NCBI GenBank assembly: GCA_951406725.2
Contig: OX597830.1
Coordinates: 48,918,001 to 48,982,000 of the forward strand
Length of the DNA stretch: 64,000 nucleotides
Reading direction: 5' to 3'
From: Octopus vulgaris
Taxonomy: Eukaryota
A program made the translations under genes and the position numbers. Within the stretch, counting starts at the first letter, position 1, and every line of letters starts with the position of its first letter. Shown here in pieces: positions 39,744 to 52,450 of this stretch. A model generated the notes under the pieces. The model was not told where the DNA came from. It saw nothing but the letters and a program-made list of their open reading frames with translations, and did no database searches.

Positions 39744-39945
39744 AATAATATATCTGCCTCTCATACTTCCTGTTTTTTTTACATGTTACACACACACACG
39801 CACGCACGCGCACACACACACACACACACCCACACGCACACACACACACACATCTATATGCACGTTTCTTTGTTCCGTCGAGTTATAGAAAGAATAATTT
39901 AACATTAAACTGAAGAATTACTGTATATTTTGTAGAGTATATACT

Positions 39946-40076
39946 TATACTTTTAAAAGAAGCGGGATTTCGGTGACTCCAAACTTTCGGTCTGCTAATC
40001 TTCTTTGGACTGTCCAAAAAATGACTTGAAGGCCGAAACTTCGAAATCACTGTCACTCTTCCTCTTTTAAAAGTGT
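39946..40076. mobile_element. Inverted pair of degenerate hammerhead-bearing pLTR remnants
   Basis: Minus CAGT-CCAAAGAA-...CC-GAAA-GTTTGGA-GTC-ACCG and plus GGCC-GAAA-CTTCGAAA-TC-ACTG; outer arms ACTTTTAAAAGA / TCTTTTAAAAGT. Confidence 0.5.
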
Positions 40077-41340
40077 AATATATATATATATATATATTCG
40101 GACATAAACATTGTGATATGTCATTTAAAGCCCGTTTACAGCATTCGGCTACCTGATATCATCAACATCATGAAGGTTCATGTCACTGGGTTTACTTCAG
40201 AGATTCCTTTTGTATTCGTAGAATTTATAAAAACGAGAGAAAGTCAATGGAATTCACAAGATCATTCAATAATATCGTTTCGATCTATCCTGAACCGGAA
40301 CATCGCAGGTTTGATGCCGTACAAACAGTTGCGGTGTATCAAAGGTGCTGACGTGTCACCTCAGGTGACTTGTCAAAAGGCACCTCGTTTTTCTACTCGC
40401 TATTTCTATAACAGTCCAGTTTAGTTGTTGTTGTATGCTGCGCATCGTACATATTCTAAGTCAGAATCCTCTAAAAGAAATCATTATTTTGTGGATTTTC
40501 TGCGATTCTCGACTAAAAAGTCGCCCCTATTTTTTCACAGATAACGGAATATTTACTGAGCGAATAATTATTTCTTATATCAATGCATCAGCAAAGAAAT
40601 GATGCCTTTTCTTGTGGAGTAAGAGTAAGGTATCTATGCTACCCATCCAAAAAGGCTCTCTTTCAGGTTAGTGGTGGTGAATATTTTGCGCTATTTGTGG
40701 GGTTGGAAAATAAGTTATTTACACAAAAGAAATTCCTAGTTATTGGTGGTAACATTCGTTCAATCAATTTATTTTTCTCCTTCTGGCTCTGATACCCTTT
40801 GCAAATGTTCCTTGTAACTAGTTCCGCATTGAAGCTATTTTTGTTAATGCGTTGTTACAATAGGCGCAACACCGTTGAAGGTGATGGGAGCACAGTTTAG
40901 GGGTCCTTCTCTCTATCATCTACGAGATTCTTGTGAGTGTGTAGAATTTCACAGTTTATCTGCAACTAGAGATGTTGTTTTATCTGAGTTTAGATTTAGT
41001 CCAATGTCTAAGTTAAACTGTTCTTAGGATAATCTTGGTATCCAATATTTTTTAAATGTTCACCGAGTGCTGATATTTCCGTTTTGTAGCAGCTTTCCAT
41101 GGAAAATATTAATAATAAGGCACCCACCCTTTTAAGCCTGTATGCATCATCTTGACATAAAACCAACTTCCTGACGTTCATTACAATATTAGAGTCGGGA
41201 GTGACGAGCAGCGATGGGAGCATTGTCTGGTTTTTCGAGCTTCCAAGTAGTTTTATCTATATTTATCGATAAAACGAATTGGATGAAATAGCAGAGATAT
41301 ATTCCTTTATCTCTCTTTCTCACATGATATACCAATCATA

Positions 41341-41397
<57 letters not shown>

Positions 41398-41473
41398 ACA
41401 CACACTTCTGAATGTGGACTGAAGCAGAATTATATAATCCTGAAAGGTTTACTGCATCGTTATACTGGATCTG

Positions 41474-41857
41474 TGGAGGCGCAATGGCCCAGTGGTTAGA
41501 GCAGCGGACTCGCGGTCGTAGGATCGCGGTTTCGATTCCCAGACCGGGCGTTGTGAGTGTTTATTGAGCGAAAATACCTAAAGCTCCACGAGGCTCCGGC
41601 AGGGATGGTGGTGATCCCTGCTGTACTCTTTCACCACAACTTTCTTTCACGCTTACTTCCTGTTTCTGTTGTACCTGTATTTCAAAGGGCCGGCCTTGTC
41701 ACTCTCTGTATCACGCTGAATATCCCCGAGAACTACGTTAAGGGTACACGTGTCTGTGGAGTGCTCAGTCACTTGCACGTTAATTTCACGAGCAGGCTGT
41801 TCCGTTGATCGGATCAACCGGAACCCTCGTCGTCGTAACCGACGGAGCGCTCCTACC
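41474..41857 (+). mobile_element. SINE family C (tRNA-Arg-like head), full length, with 13-bp TSD
   Basis: Head TGGCCCAGTGGTTAGAGCAGCGGACTCGCG...TTCGATTCCC; TSD TATACTGGATCTG at 41461-41473 and 41858-41870. Confidence 0.93.
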
Positions 41858-42129
41858 TATACTGGATCTGAACTGATAATAAAAGAGGGGAATCTATATC
41901 AACGCCAACCACAATAACATCGATAACAACATAATCAAACATCTTTCCTTCACTTAAAAAAAAAATTCATTATTCTGTATAAGTAGAAATAGTATTTTCT
42001 CAAAATATTAATTAATTAATGCATATTCGTATTAAACGAACATAAGCGAAATGACACACAAAGCAAAAGTTTCGTCTCTTGATGTTGAAATGACATAAGC
42101 AGCATCTTATAATTCTGCTTGTCATTATG

Positions 42130-42999
42130 TTACTTAGCCCGTCGGTAACGCTTTCACGTGATTAGAGAAAGAGGGAGAAAGAAAAGAGGTAGTGAGAAAG
42201 AGAGAGAGAGAGAAGCGTCCATGACGTGAGGTAGAGAATGTAATTGTAACGATTTCAAGGGATTAGTTGAAGGGAAAGAGAGGAGAGAGAAAAAAGAGGA
42301 TAAGGCGAAGATAGAGAAAGAAAGAGGGCGAGAGAAAAGACTGCAAGAGAAAAAGAGCTCCATGACGTGTGGTAGGGGGATAGTAATGTTTACTATGTGG
42401 TTAAAGAAGTTGGTTGAAGGAAATAAAGAGGAGAGTTAGGGACATACTTTTAGCAGAGGTGTGATGTTCTGATGGTGAGGTTAAAGAAAGGCAGAGAGAG
42501 AGAAAGGGGTTAGAGAGAGGAGAGGGAGACGACGATGGTGGTGGTGGTGATGGTGAAGGTGGCAATGGTGCTTGGATAGTGAAAAGTGATGTAAATTGTT
42601 TATATCACCTGTCACTTAACACATGTACATAAGTGTAATTCCGTGAAATATTCACGCTTAATTGCGTGGCAGATTTATGCAATTTAACTAAAGGTTATAT
42701 CATATGTACGGGATATTTCTTTTGCTTATGGGGGAAAATGGAAAAATAAGAGTGAATATTTATTTCATGAGCGCTGTGTATTAAGTCTATAAAATTGTAT
42801 ATAAAGTGTGTATATAAAGTACATTAAGTAATCATCGTATTCCAATTTCCTTCACTTTTCAATGAGTAGCAGATGAGTGACTATCTTTCCATGCAGGTAC
42901 AGCACAGGCTATGCTTTCAGGCTTTTTGGATAAACTTTTCAGGAATAACCCAATAGGTTTATCATTAATTCCGTGAAATGTTCACGGGTCCTGTTAGTG
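42130..42999 (+). mobile_element. Probable old Helitron-like repeat with GA-rich body
   Basis: 3' hairpin CCGTGAAATGTTCACGG then GTTAGT near 42971-42999; a second copy of the hairpin lies near 42640. Confidence 0.45.
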
Positions 43000-43544
43000 A
43001 CTATATAAAATGTTCACTCATGACCTGACTAGCAACATGGTCTTAGGTGTATTAAAAAGACACACTTTAAACGATAGCGCAAGCCCGCCGCGGTCAGTAA
43101 AATGATATTCCTTCTGCTGCAAACACCCATTGGGATACAATATGCTCTAACATTTATTTAGTAAGACCTTTATATACCAGAACTTTTCATTACTCACTCT
43201 CATTCTCTCTCTCTCTCTCTCTTACGTCCTCCCACGTGTTGTGTGTGTAAAACTCACCTTGCGAAAACATATATTAATACTTTTACAGTAAAGCTGATAT
43301 ACGAAAAATTTTTTCAAAAGCATTTTTATATTTTCGCTTTCATATATAATATTTGATAAAAATATTAACCTCCATGTTAAAAAATAAAACTTATTCTATT
43401 CAAACATCATATGTATATGCGTTCACACACACACACACACACACACACACGCGCGCGCGCGCAATACATACATACATACATACATACACATACATATATA
43501 TATATATATACATATATACTGGCATATTCATACACAGGCACACA

Positions 43545-44795
43545 CAAGGGGCGTCACCTATTTGAGAACTAATTTCTATTTTGTGGAAAACAAAAATATT
43601 TCTTGAAAAAAATATTATTTCATAGGATTCAGTACATATATTCTTACATATACATATACATACCAAAAGTCTATTCTATAGAATTTCCATCAGCCTCAAC
43701 CACTGCCTCAATATGATCAGATGTTTGATCAGATATCTTCATTCATGTTGGCTATAATGCCTCCAACTGCGGACACCAACGAAACCTTGGTATTGTGAAC
43801 GTGCTTGTTTATCTCCCTCTTAACGACGGCCGGACGTAGTAGCCCGTTGTGTGTGTGTATGTGTGTGTTGTGTGTGTGATGGTGTGTTTAAATCACAAGA
43901 GTTAGGAAGCTGTCTTGATTGAACTCACCACCCCGCCAGGCTATTACTTTTTTCTGAAAATTTTCGGTTACTTCTGGGTCATGTACGTTGTGTGAGAAGA
44001 AAAACACATACGGCTTTCCTCGAGCAACTCTCTCGAACCAGAGTTTGATAACCATATCCAATGTTTCGATGTAGGCTGTCACATTGACCCTAAGATTCTC
44101 CGTGGAAAAATGCGTGGCGGCATGACATGGTTCGCATTTCTCACGAACCCCTACACCATTACAGACAATAGAAACATGGTGTGCATAACAATGGGGATAT
44201 CGATGGAGCTGGTGGAAAGACATCCGTCATTTCTCCTTTCCGCTTTTTGATCTTGAACAAAGTTCTTCTTATCTGAGAAAAACCAAAGCTTGTCAGGCTC
44301 CTCGGGGTGCTTTAGTTTTTTCAGTAAGCGCATCGACTGCATTATACGGTTTTCTCGAGTTTTATCGGACAACAGCTGACCTCTTCTCATTTCAGAGGAT
44401 TTGTAACTGATGTCTTCGTGTACCACAATCATAACATAAGATTTTTAACCTATGTCTTACTGTATCACGTGACAGATGACTGGTAATGGCCCTCAGTGAT
44501 CTGTCGAGATTCTCTTTAATGATTCCCTGGACAGTTGAGACTGTTTTTGCCACAGAAAGCACATTCCCACCAGAGACCAGGAATTATTTTCTGATCTTAA
44601 AAAGGACTTGGCGACATTTAAGAAGGTTGCAATTTCAGATTCACTATGGTTGGTGGCTGAGGGGTCGAGAACTGCATGCCTTTTCATTATCTGTTTTAGA
44701 TTCGAAGCTTCATTTTACGGGTTAAAAAATTGATGTTTAACGTTTGAGCCATTTATGATTCTTAAATAGTCTTCTCAAATAGCTGACACACCCTG
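43545..44795 (-). mobile_element. Tc1/mariner superfamily (maT/DD37D-like) element, degenerate
   Basis: TIRs CAAGGGGCGTCACCTATTTGAGAA and TTCTCAAATAGCTGACACACCCTG; ORFs with WFFSDKKNFVQDQK..RRND and LRVNVTAYIETL...W..RVARGKPYVF. Confidence 0.85.
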
Positions 44796-44859
44796 CATAT
44801 ATGCTTTTCTTTAGTTACTAATGAAGACATTAGCAGACATAGACACCTTTTCGTGTCTC

Positions 44860-45060
44860 CTCATCCTGCAGCTGGACATCAAGGGTAAAGCAAGTGGAGG
44901 GAGAGACGGCTGCACCAGCAATTGCTGGTACTCGTCTTCAGCTGAGTAGAATGGAGCGATGATAAATGGAGCGCCTTACTCAAAGATGCAGCACCCGGTC
45001 CAGAACTCGACTCGCAACCTTACAATTGCGAGGTTAACATGCTTAACACTAAACTACGAA
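44860..45060 (-). mobile_element. SINE family D-like fragment
   Basis: Reverse tRNA head and CAGCTGAGT...TGGAGC...GCCTT.CTCAA similar to 21045-21380. Confidence 0.6.
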
Positions 45061-46074
45061 CCTACAGACATACGTACACACACACACACACACACACACA
45101 CGAGATTGATAAAGAAGTGTATGCGTGAAAGAGATATTGGGAGAACGTGAGATGCCGAGACAGTCAGACTACACACGCGTACACATATGTACACATACAC
45201 ACACATATACACAAACATTATTGTAATCTGCATTCTGACATTCAGCGCTGACCGAGCAGCGGTATGAATATCAATGCTAATCGATAGAAATAGGGTTTTC
45301 GATTAGTTTTATATTCGCTAGAAACTTGACCCTAAATAATTTATTTGCATTGTGAACACATGAGCGATATATCAAGAATTGTATGTTGATGGCTGCTGTG
45401 ATATCGTTTACGTCCAATAAGTGACTGTCAAATGTTCCGATGGAAACTCATAGCCATAAGTCTGCTTCCAGATAATTAAACATAAACACTGATTAGAAAA
45501 TTTAACAAGGAAAGGCAAATAACGTGTTTGAAATATATACAAAATAAGATTCCAGGATACAATCACATGTGCAAAGTTACATAGAGGGAACGAATAACCC
45601 ATCGTCAGTCCGCAAATTAATATATTATGAACACCGCTAAAAAAAAAAAAAAGAGAAACAATACTCTTTTCAAACAAGATACTTGAATAATGAAATGACT
45701 CTCCCTCCGTGGCTGCAGTTATGATATTGAAACGAATACCAGAGTAGCGCCTGATTTCAGCTTAGTGATTTTTCAACCTCTGAAGACATCAATCACTTCA
45801 GTAACAACTGTATAAATTTATTTGTGTTGTCTATCGGGGGAATTCCAACCACGTTTCGTGGTTCGCTACCTCAACAGCTCCTTTATAGGATCCAGTGGCT
45901 AAAGACATCATCAGGAGGAACCACGTCCGGTTTTGGCTCCTACGCCTCTACCGTTTTCGACTTGGCGCCCCCTCCCCTTTCGGAGGTGTCTTCAGCTCTG
46001 GTATTGAGTGCGTTTCTTCTTTCTCCCTTTTTCTTCTGTTCTTTGGTAAGAAGGAAAGATCTAAATTTTCATAA

Positions 46075-46912
46075 GATTTCATAAATTGGCAGTTAGCTCT
46101 ATCAACCTTGTGATGAAGATGAGGTATAAGAAATAACAACCAAAGTTTCTTCAAATAACAAGCCAGTAGTTGTAAGATAGGAACGAAAGAATGGATAATG
46201 AAGTTCTGGATATTCTGCGGTTGAAGAGAAGAATGGATAGTCTCGCCTGAATGATTCTGAGCTATGGCAGTCCTATAGGTGATGATCCAGTGGGATAAAG
46301 GACAACAGTCAATCGGACACACATCATATAATTTTAACTATTGTTTCTCCCGCATCAAGAATTGAAATCGGGACTGCAAACTAAGGAATCCGTCGTGTTG
46401 AACTCAGTAATGCAGATTCAGCACTTACAATATTACAGTTGCTTTTGTTTTTCATAAATTGGCAATTCTATAAACTTTGGGATGAAGACAAGGTATAAGA
46501 AATAACAGCCAAATCTTCCTCAAATAATAAACAAGCCGACAGTTTTAAGATAGGAATGAAATAATGGATAACGAAGTTCTGGATATTCTGCGGTTGAAGA
46601 GAAGTCTGGATAGTCTCGCCTGAATGATTCTGAGCTTATGTCAGTCCTATAGGAGATAGTCCTGGGTGATAAAAGACATCAACCAATCGGGTACACATCA
46701 ACTAATTGTAACCATACGAGGTGTTGAACTCAGCGCTGCAGATTCATCACTTCCACAGATGCAAGACATTTTTATTCTGAAGTTGATTTCAGAATTCGAT
46801 GTAGGGACAAGTCGAAGGGAGACAAATATTTCCTTGGAAAAGAGAATGATATTTAAAATTAGACTATTCCACTTCAGGAATTGAAACCGGGACTGCAAAC
46901 TAAGGAATCCCG
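46075..46912 (+). repeat. Diverged local tandem duplication (~375-bp period)
   Basis: TTCATAAATTGGCA...GAAGTTCTGGATATTCTGCGGTTGAAGAGAAG...GATAGTCTCGCCTGAATGATTCTGAGC occurs from ~46078 and ~46451. Confidence 0.9.
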
Positions 46913-47712
46913 CATCAATTACACAGCACTGCTATTAGTTCCAGCTACGAATAATGTCCACAAAGAGACACTATGAGAGTCATTTGATTCCACAGAACCC
47001 AGTCTTCCTAAAATCATATCCTATCACCTTACATGAACAAAGATATACTGAACGAGGAGTCTTTTCTGGAACGTCTCTGATCATAAGACGACTCGGTCAA
47101 CCTAGACTCTGGTTTAGAGCGAGCTGGATTTGGCTGTTCAGATTTAAGTATTCTCCTTGAAAGAAACAGAGCAGTACCGGTAAAAAGATTCGAACTGGGG
47201 ATCTGTCGACAAGTTAACCAGTTTCTCTATCGACTTGCTCATTGAATTACTGAGAAAGTTCACGATACTAACAAGAAAATGATAAATTATTTGATGTTTT
47301 ACAGTACTAGATCGAACCCTGCTATCTTTGAATGACAGAAGGTCATTCATAACGCATTCTAAGGCTCTGTATTGTCAGCCTAACGACATCAAGCGCTCTA
47401 ATTGATATATTATATAATAATAACAAAAAAAAAACTCCCAACGTGTAAATGAAACACAATACCACAAATGGAAGCAAGATTTCCCGAAGGGTTTCAAGCA
47501 AATATCTATTTTTTTGCCACACATCATTTTCAAGTATTCATAAAGCACAACACATGTTTGCAATATTTTTCAATACTTCTTCTGGTATTTTACATTCAAT
47601 ATAAGTGGAGAATCCACTAATGTTTGCAGTGTTCCGCCTCCATAACTCAATGCACCTATATATATATTATATATTATATAAATATATATATTATATATTA
47701 TATATTATATAA

Positions 47713-47744
<32 letters not shown>

Positions 47745-48282
47745 GTATGTACACATTGCATACTTACGAATACATGTCTATGTACTTCTTCACCTATATG
47801 CACACACCCATCCATTTAGGCAAATACTGATATTGGCATAGGTACACGCAGAATTTTAACAAGCTCACGAGTAAAAAAAAAAAACAATCAAATTTGTCAT
47901 ATGAAAAGAAAATACATATAGTTAGTTATATACAAATGCAAGTATATCGATTTATACTTATATATTTTGTGATGGGATCAAGAACACATGAATGCATACA
48001 CGAACATATCTGTCTGTTCGTCGTGAGATACATAATAGACGCAAATGCGATTCACATAGCACATCTTAACTCAACCCCAAAACGAAGCAATTATAGCATT
48101 ATTATTACTCGATAAAAGGTTCAAATAAATTCAATTAGATCAATACATACATTTATTTAAAAAGCGGAACAAAATTTGAAGAATTTTAAGTATAAAATCG
48201 AAAGTAAAAGCAGATATTGTAAGAGGTTCCTCTGAACTCTTTGACGTTCACCTTGAATCAAACGACTTAGCAGCACTCGTGC

Positions 48283-48357
48283 CAGAGGAGAGCAGCCTAC
48301 TCTCGTCTGTTGATATTGTTGCTATATCAACAGACGAGAGGAGGCTGCTCTCCTCTG
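48283..48357. repeat. Near-perfect 34-bp hairpin with 7-nt loop
   Basis: CAGAGGAGAGCAGCCTACTCTCGTCTGTTGATAT / ATATCAACAGACGAGAGGAGGCTGCTCTCCTCTG, one mismatch. Confidence 0.95.
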
Positions 48358-49225
48358 TTGCTATATGGTCGGCCCAAAGCAAACAGGTCTTTGATGAAAG
48401 CTATCAAAACCATGATCTTCCCTACTTCGTATAAGCACAACAACCTTATCTGATGTCCTTCCATCATTTCTGGTAAGTTGTGAAGGGATTGGGATATTAT
48501 TTTTAGCTGATCAAATGATCGCGTAGAGACTCTGCTTTTAGTACCACAATTATATTTGAGATCAGACAACTATGTTCAGAAACTGCCCACACGACTGAAG
48601 TTTTCTTCACAACTTTGTGACTACTCGTGCTACTTTAATCTTATCATATTATCACCTTATTTAGTAACTAGTAGAACTGGTAGCCGCGCTGCATTAGTAA
48701 ATGTACAAATCACATACATAAACCCAATCAATCGTACAAATCAGTGTTTTTAGTGTTTTCGGATATTTAATAATGACTTCATACCCAATCGAAAATAATT
48801 TGCTTTTCATCCCTCCGGGGTCCTATTAAGTCCGTAACCAGCCAAGAACTGGAATTTAATCGATTGCTCCTCCACCCCAACTGTGTGATGGTCTGCTTCC
48901 GTTAGAAACCACTGATGTAGCATCTTGCTATTTGGTTTGGTTGTGTACTGTCAAACATTGTTATGGATTACTTCTGTTATTGTATAATGTCATTTGATTG
49001 TAAATTACCGGAGCAAAGTAAAGTTTAGTATATCATTGTATCAAGTTGAGTAAAAAGCAAACAACGTTCTGAACCATGAAGAATTTGTACCAGATTTTTG
49101 CAGAGTTTTGAATTTTTAAAAACATTTTTTTGGAAATTGTCTGATAATACAGACATAGATTTGCCCAAATACATCAATAAATTAACATTGATATTTTTTT
49201 TTCACCGTTGTTACAATCATCTGAA

Positions 49226-49411
49226 ATGGAACTGTCAAACCGCGATATTCGAGCAATTTTGCTATTCAACTTCAGAAAAGGACGTAAAGCAGCTGAAATT
49301 GCTCGCGATATCAACGAAACGCTTGGTGTGGAAATGACCAGTGAGTGGTCAGCTCGAAAATGGTTTAAACAATTTCGCAGTGGAGACCTGAGCCTTAAAG
49401 ATCGTGAGCGT
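49226..49411 (+). mobile_element. Mariner transposase N-terminal HTH fragment
   Basis: MELSNRDIRAILLFNFRKGRKAAEIARDINETLG...ARKWFKQFRSGDLSLKDRER. Confidence 0.85.
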
Positions 49412-49632
49412 TATGTTGAAATATATTGTGATGGATTTCATGTTTCAAAACGTTGCTTAATTTTTACGCAGCCTGATACTGTCATGTTATCTTGCAATAA
49501 TATCTTGGTTATCCATTCCACTGTATATCTCTCTTGACCGGCAATGACATCTTCATCTTAGCTGCAGCTATCTTATAGCCTATTGAATTGAATTAAAGCT
49601 ATAGGAACATGTATGTCTATATATATGTATAT

Positions 49633-49861
49633 GCGGCGAGCTGGTAGAAACGTTAGCACGCCGGGCGAAATGCGTAGCCGTATTTCGTCTGTCGTTACGT
49701 TCCGAGTTCAAATTCCGCCGAGGTCGACTTTGCCTTTCATCCTTTCGGGGTCGATAAATTAAGTACCAGTTACGCACTGAGGTCGATGTAGTCGACTTAA
49801 TCCCTTTGTCTGTCCTTGTTTGTCCCCTCTGTGTTTAGCCCCTTGTGGGTAGTAAAGAAAT
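49633..49861 (+). mobile_element. SINE family B, full length
   Basis: Near-identical to 27408-27640. Confidence 0.92.
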
Positions 49862-50007
49862 ATATATATATATGTATATGGAAATGTGTACTGAAGATGA
49901 TAGATGGTTGATGAATGCGTGTGTGTATATGTATACATATACGCATATATGTGTGTGTGTGTGTGGGTGAGTGTGTGAACATATGTGCATTGCATGCAAA
50001 TATGTGA

Positions 50008-50175
50008 AGGCGCGTGGCTTGGTCGTGAAGGTAGTCGGCTCATGATCGTAAGGTCGTGGATTCGATTCCCGGCGGTGCGTTGTGTCTTTGAGCAGCACAT
50101 TTTATTTCACGTTGCTCCGTTCTACTCAGCTGGAAAAAATGAGTTGAATCTGTAATTCAAAGGATCGGCTTACAG
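50008..50175 (+). mobile_element. SINE family D, 5' part
   Basis: GGCGCGTGGCTT...TTCGATTCCCGG...TTGAGCAGCACATTTTATTTCACGTTGCTCC. Confidence 0.75.
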
Positions 50176-50195
50176 TGATTAATCATTCTTATACA

Positions 50196-50620
50196 GGCGC
50201 AGGAGTGGCTGTGTGGTAAGTAGCTTGCTAACCAACCACATGGTTCTGGGTTCAGTCCCACTGCGTGGCATCTTGGGCAAGTGTCTTCTGCTATAGCCCC
50301 GGGCCGACCAATGCTTTGTGAGTGGATTTGGTAGACGGAAACTGAAAGAAGCCTGTCGTATATATGTATATATATATATATATCTATGCGTGTGTGTGTT
50401 TGTGTGTCTGTGTTTGTCCCCCTAGCATTGCTTGACAACCGATGCTGGTGTGTTTACATCCCCGTTACTTAGCGGTTCGGCAAAACAGACTGATAGAATA
50501 AGTACTGGGCTTCCAAACAATAAGTCCCGGGGTTGATTTGCTCGACTAAAGGCGGTGCTCCTGCATGGCCGCAGTCAAATGACTGAAACAAGTAAAAGAG
50601 TAAAAGAGTAAAAAAAGAGT
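50196..50620 (+). mobile_element. SINE family A, full length
   Basis: Same organisation as 39165. Confidence 0.92.
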
Positions 50621-50628
50621 ATACTGTT

Positions 50629-50663
<35 letters not shown>

Positions 50664-50964
50664 TGAGAGGGAGAGAGGGAGAGGGAGAAAGAGTGAGTGT
50701 GAGAGAGAGAGAGAGGGGGTAACTGAGGCACGTGAGCATAAGACGTATTTCGATACAACACATCGCTTCAGTGAACAAGTCTCCCTTACGAACAACAAAC
50801 TCCTTATAATTATAAAATGTGACCCTTATAGCTTCTGATATTTCATACATTATTGTTAGTGATGGTCACTAACTGAGATTAAGCTCTAAGGATATTCCTG
50901 ACTAATTACACGTTCATACACATACATAAACATACCATATGAAACACGTAATTATATACATACA

Positions 50965-51017
<53 letters not shown>

Positions 51018-51307
51018 ATGTACATATATATGTATATATATATATATATATATTTATGTACATATTTATGTATATATATGATAACTTATAAACATATATG
51101 CATCTCTCTCTCTCTTATATATATGTGTGTGTGTGTATTTATATATATATAAAATATTTGTACGTAATTAGCAAAAATGTTCTTCCGAAAATGAAACAAA
51201 ATATGTTTTAACGATGTAACGCCAAATTAAAGAATTAATAAAGCATCAATTAGAATTGCGTGTACGTAAACGTGTATCTATGTATATGTATTTTCTTTGG
51301 TGAATAC

Positions 51308-51380
<73 letters not shown>

Positions 51381-51811
51381 GCATTTGTGCGAGCGTGTGT
51401 ATCTCTGTGTGCCTGCGGTAAGTGTATTTCGCTGTACGTTCATGTGCATACATCTATGTGTATGGATATGTTGTGTCGTACTTGTGATGTTGTCTGTGTT
51501 TTTGTTTGCATTTAAATGTGTATGTACGTGGCAATTTGTAATTGCGCTTTTGTGTGTAGGTACGTTGAGATCTCTACGTGTGTATCATATGTTTATTATA
51601 TGCATGTATGTTACATATTCGTGTACGTATGTATACAGGAATAACTGAATGCATGGGCATGTATGAATGCATATAATTCATACAGACATGCAAAGTACAT
51701 GCACACATAGAAAGACGTGTGTGCCGGTGTGCGTGTATATATATATGTGTGTGTATATGAATATACATATATATATATATATACTTGTATGTATGTATAC
51801 ACACATATATA

Positions 51812-51930
<119 letters not shown>

Positions 51931-52204
51931 GTGTGTCTGTGTGTGTGTGTGTTTGTATATATATATATATATACTTATATAAGCAATAATAATTCTCTGA
52001 GCGAGGTATATACTTCCCTATATATATATATATAACGCATTTTAATTAGCCTTACAACCAAATGGATAGACATACATGCACACATACATAGCCACATATG
52101 TATGTTTGCATTTATGTCAGCGTTAATAAAATATCTATTTACATTATGAGGTCAAGTTACTAATGAACGGTTTAGTGTTTCTTTGCAATTTTACGTCTAT
52201 CTCT

Positions 52205-52450
52205 ACCACCACCACCACCACCACCACCAACATTACCATCTTCAAGACCATCACCTACTCCAGTCAACACCACTATAACAACGATAATCAGTACATCCAA
52301 CCACCCCTGCTATCATTATCACTAACAGCACCGCCGCCGCCACCGCCGCCGCCACCGCCGCCGCCTCCATCACCACCACAACCACCACCACCATCACCAC
52401 TAATAGCAGCAGGAGCTGTACTAATACCAGTACCACCATTGCCGCCGCTA
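52205..52450. repeat. (CAC)n/(CCG)n low-complexity tract
   Basis: Directly visible; source of the poly-T/poly-P ORF at 52163. Confidence 0.9.

Noticed and set aside
41474-41545. tRNA-like sequences here and at ~21310-21380
   Set aside because: They are SINE heads followed by SINE bodies (with a TSD at 41474), not tRNA genes.
45843-45921. Minus-strand CTGATGA...GAAACGTG hammerhead-like motif
   Set aside because: GUG is not an NUH site and stem I pairing is poor; at most a heavily decayed relic.
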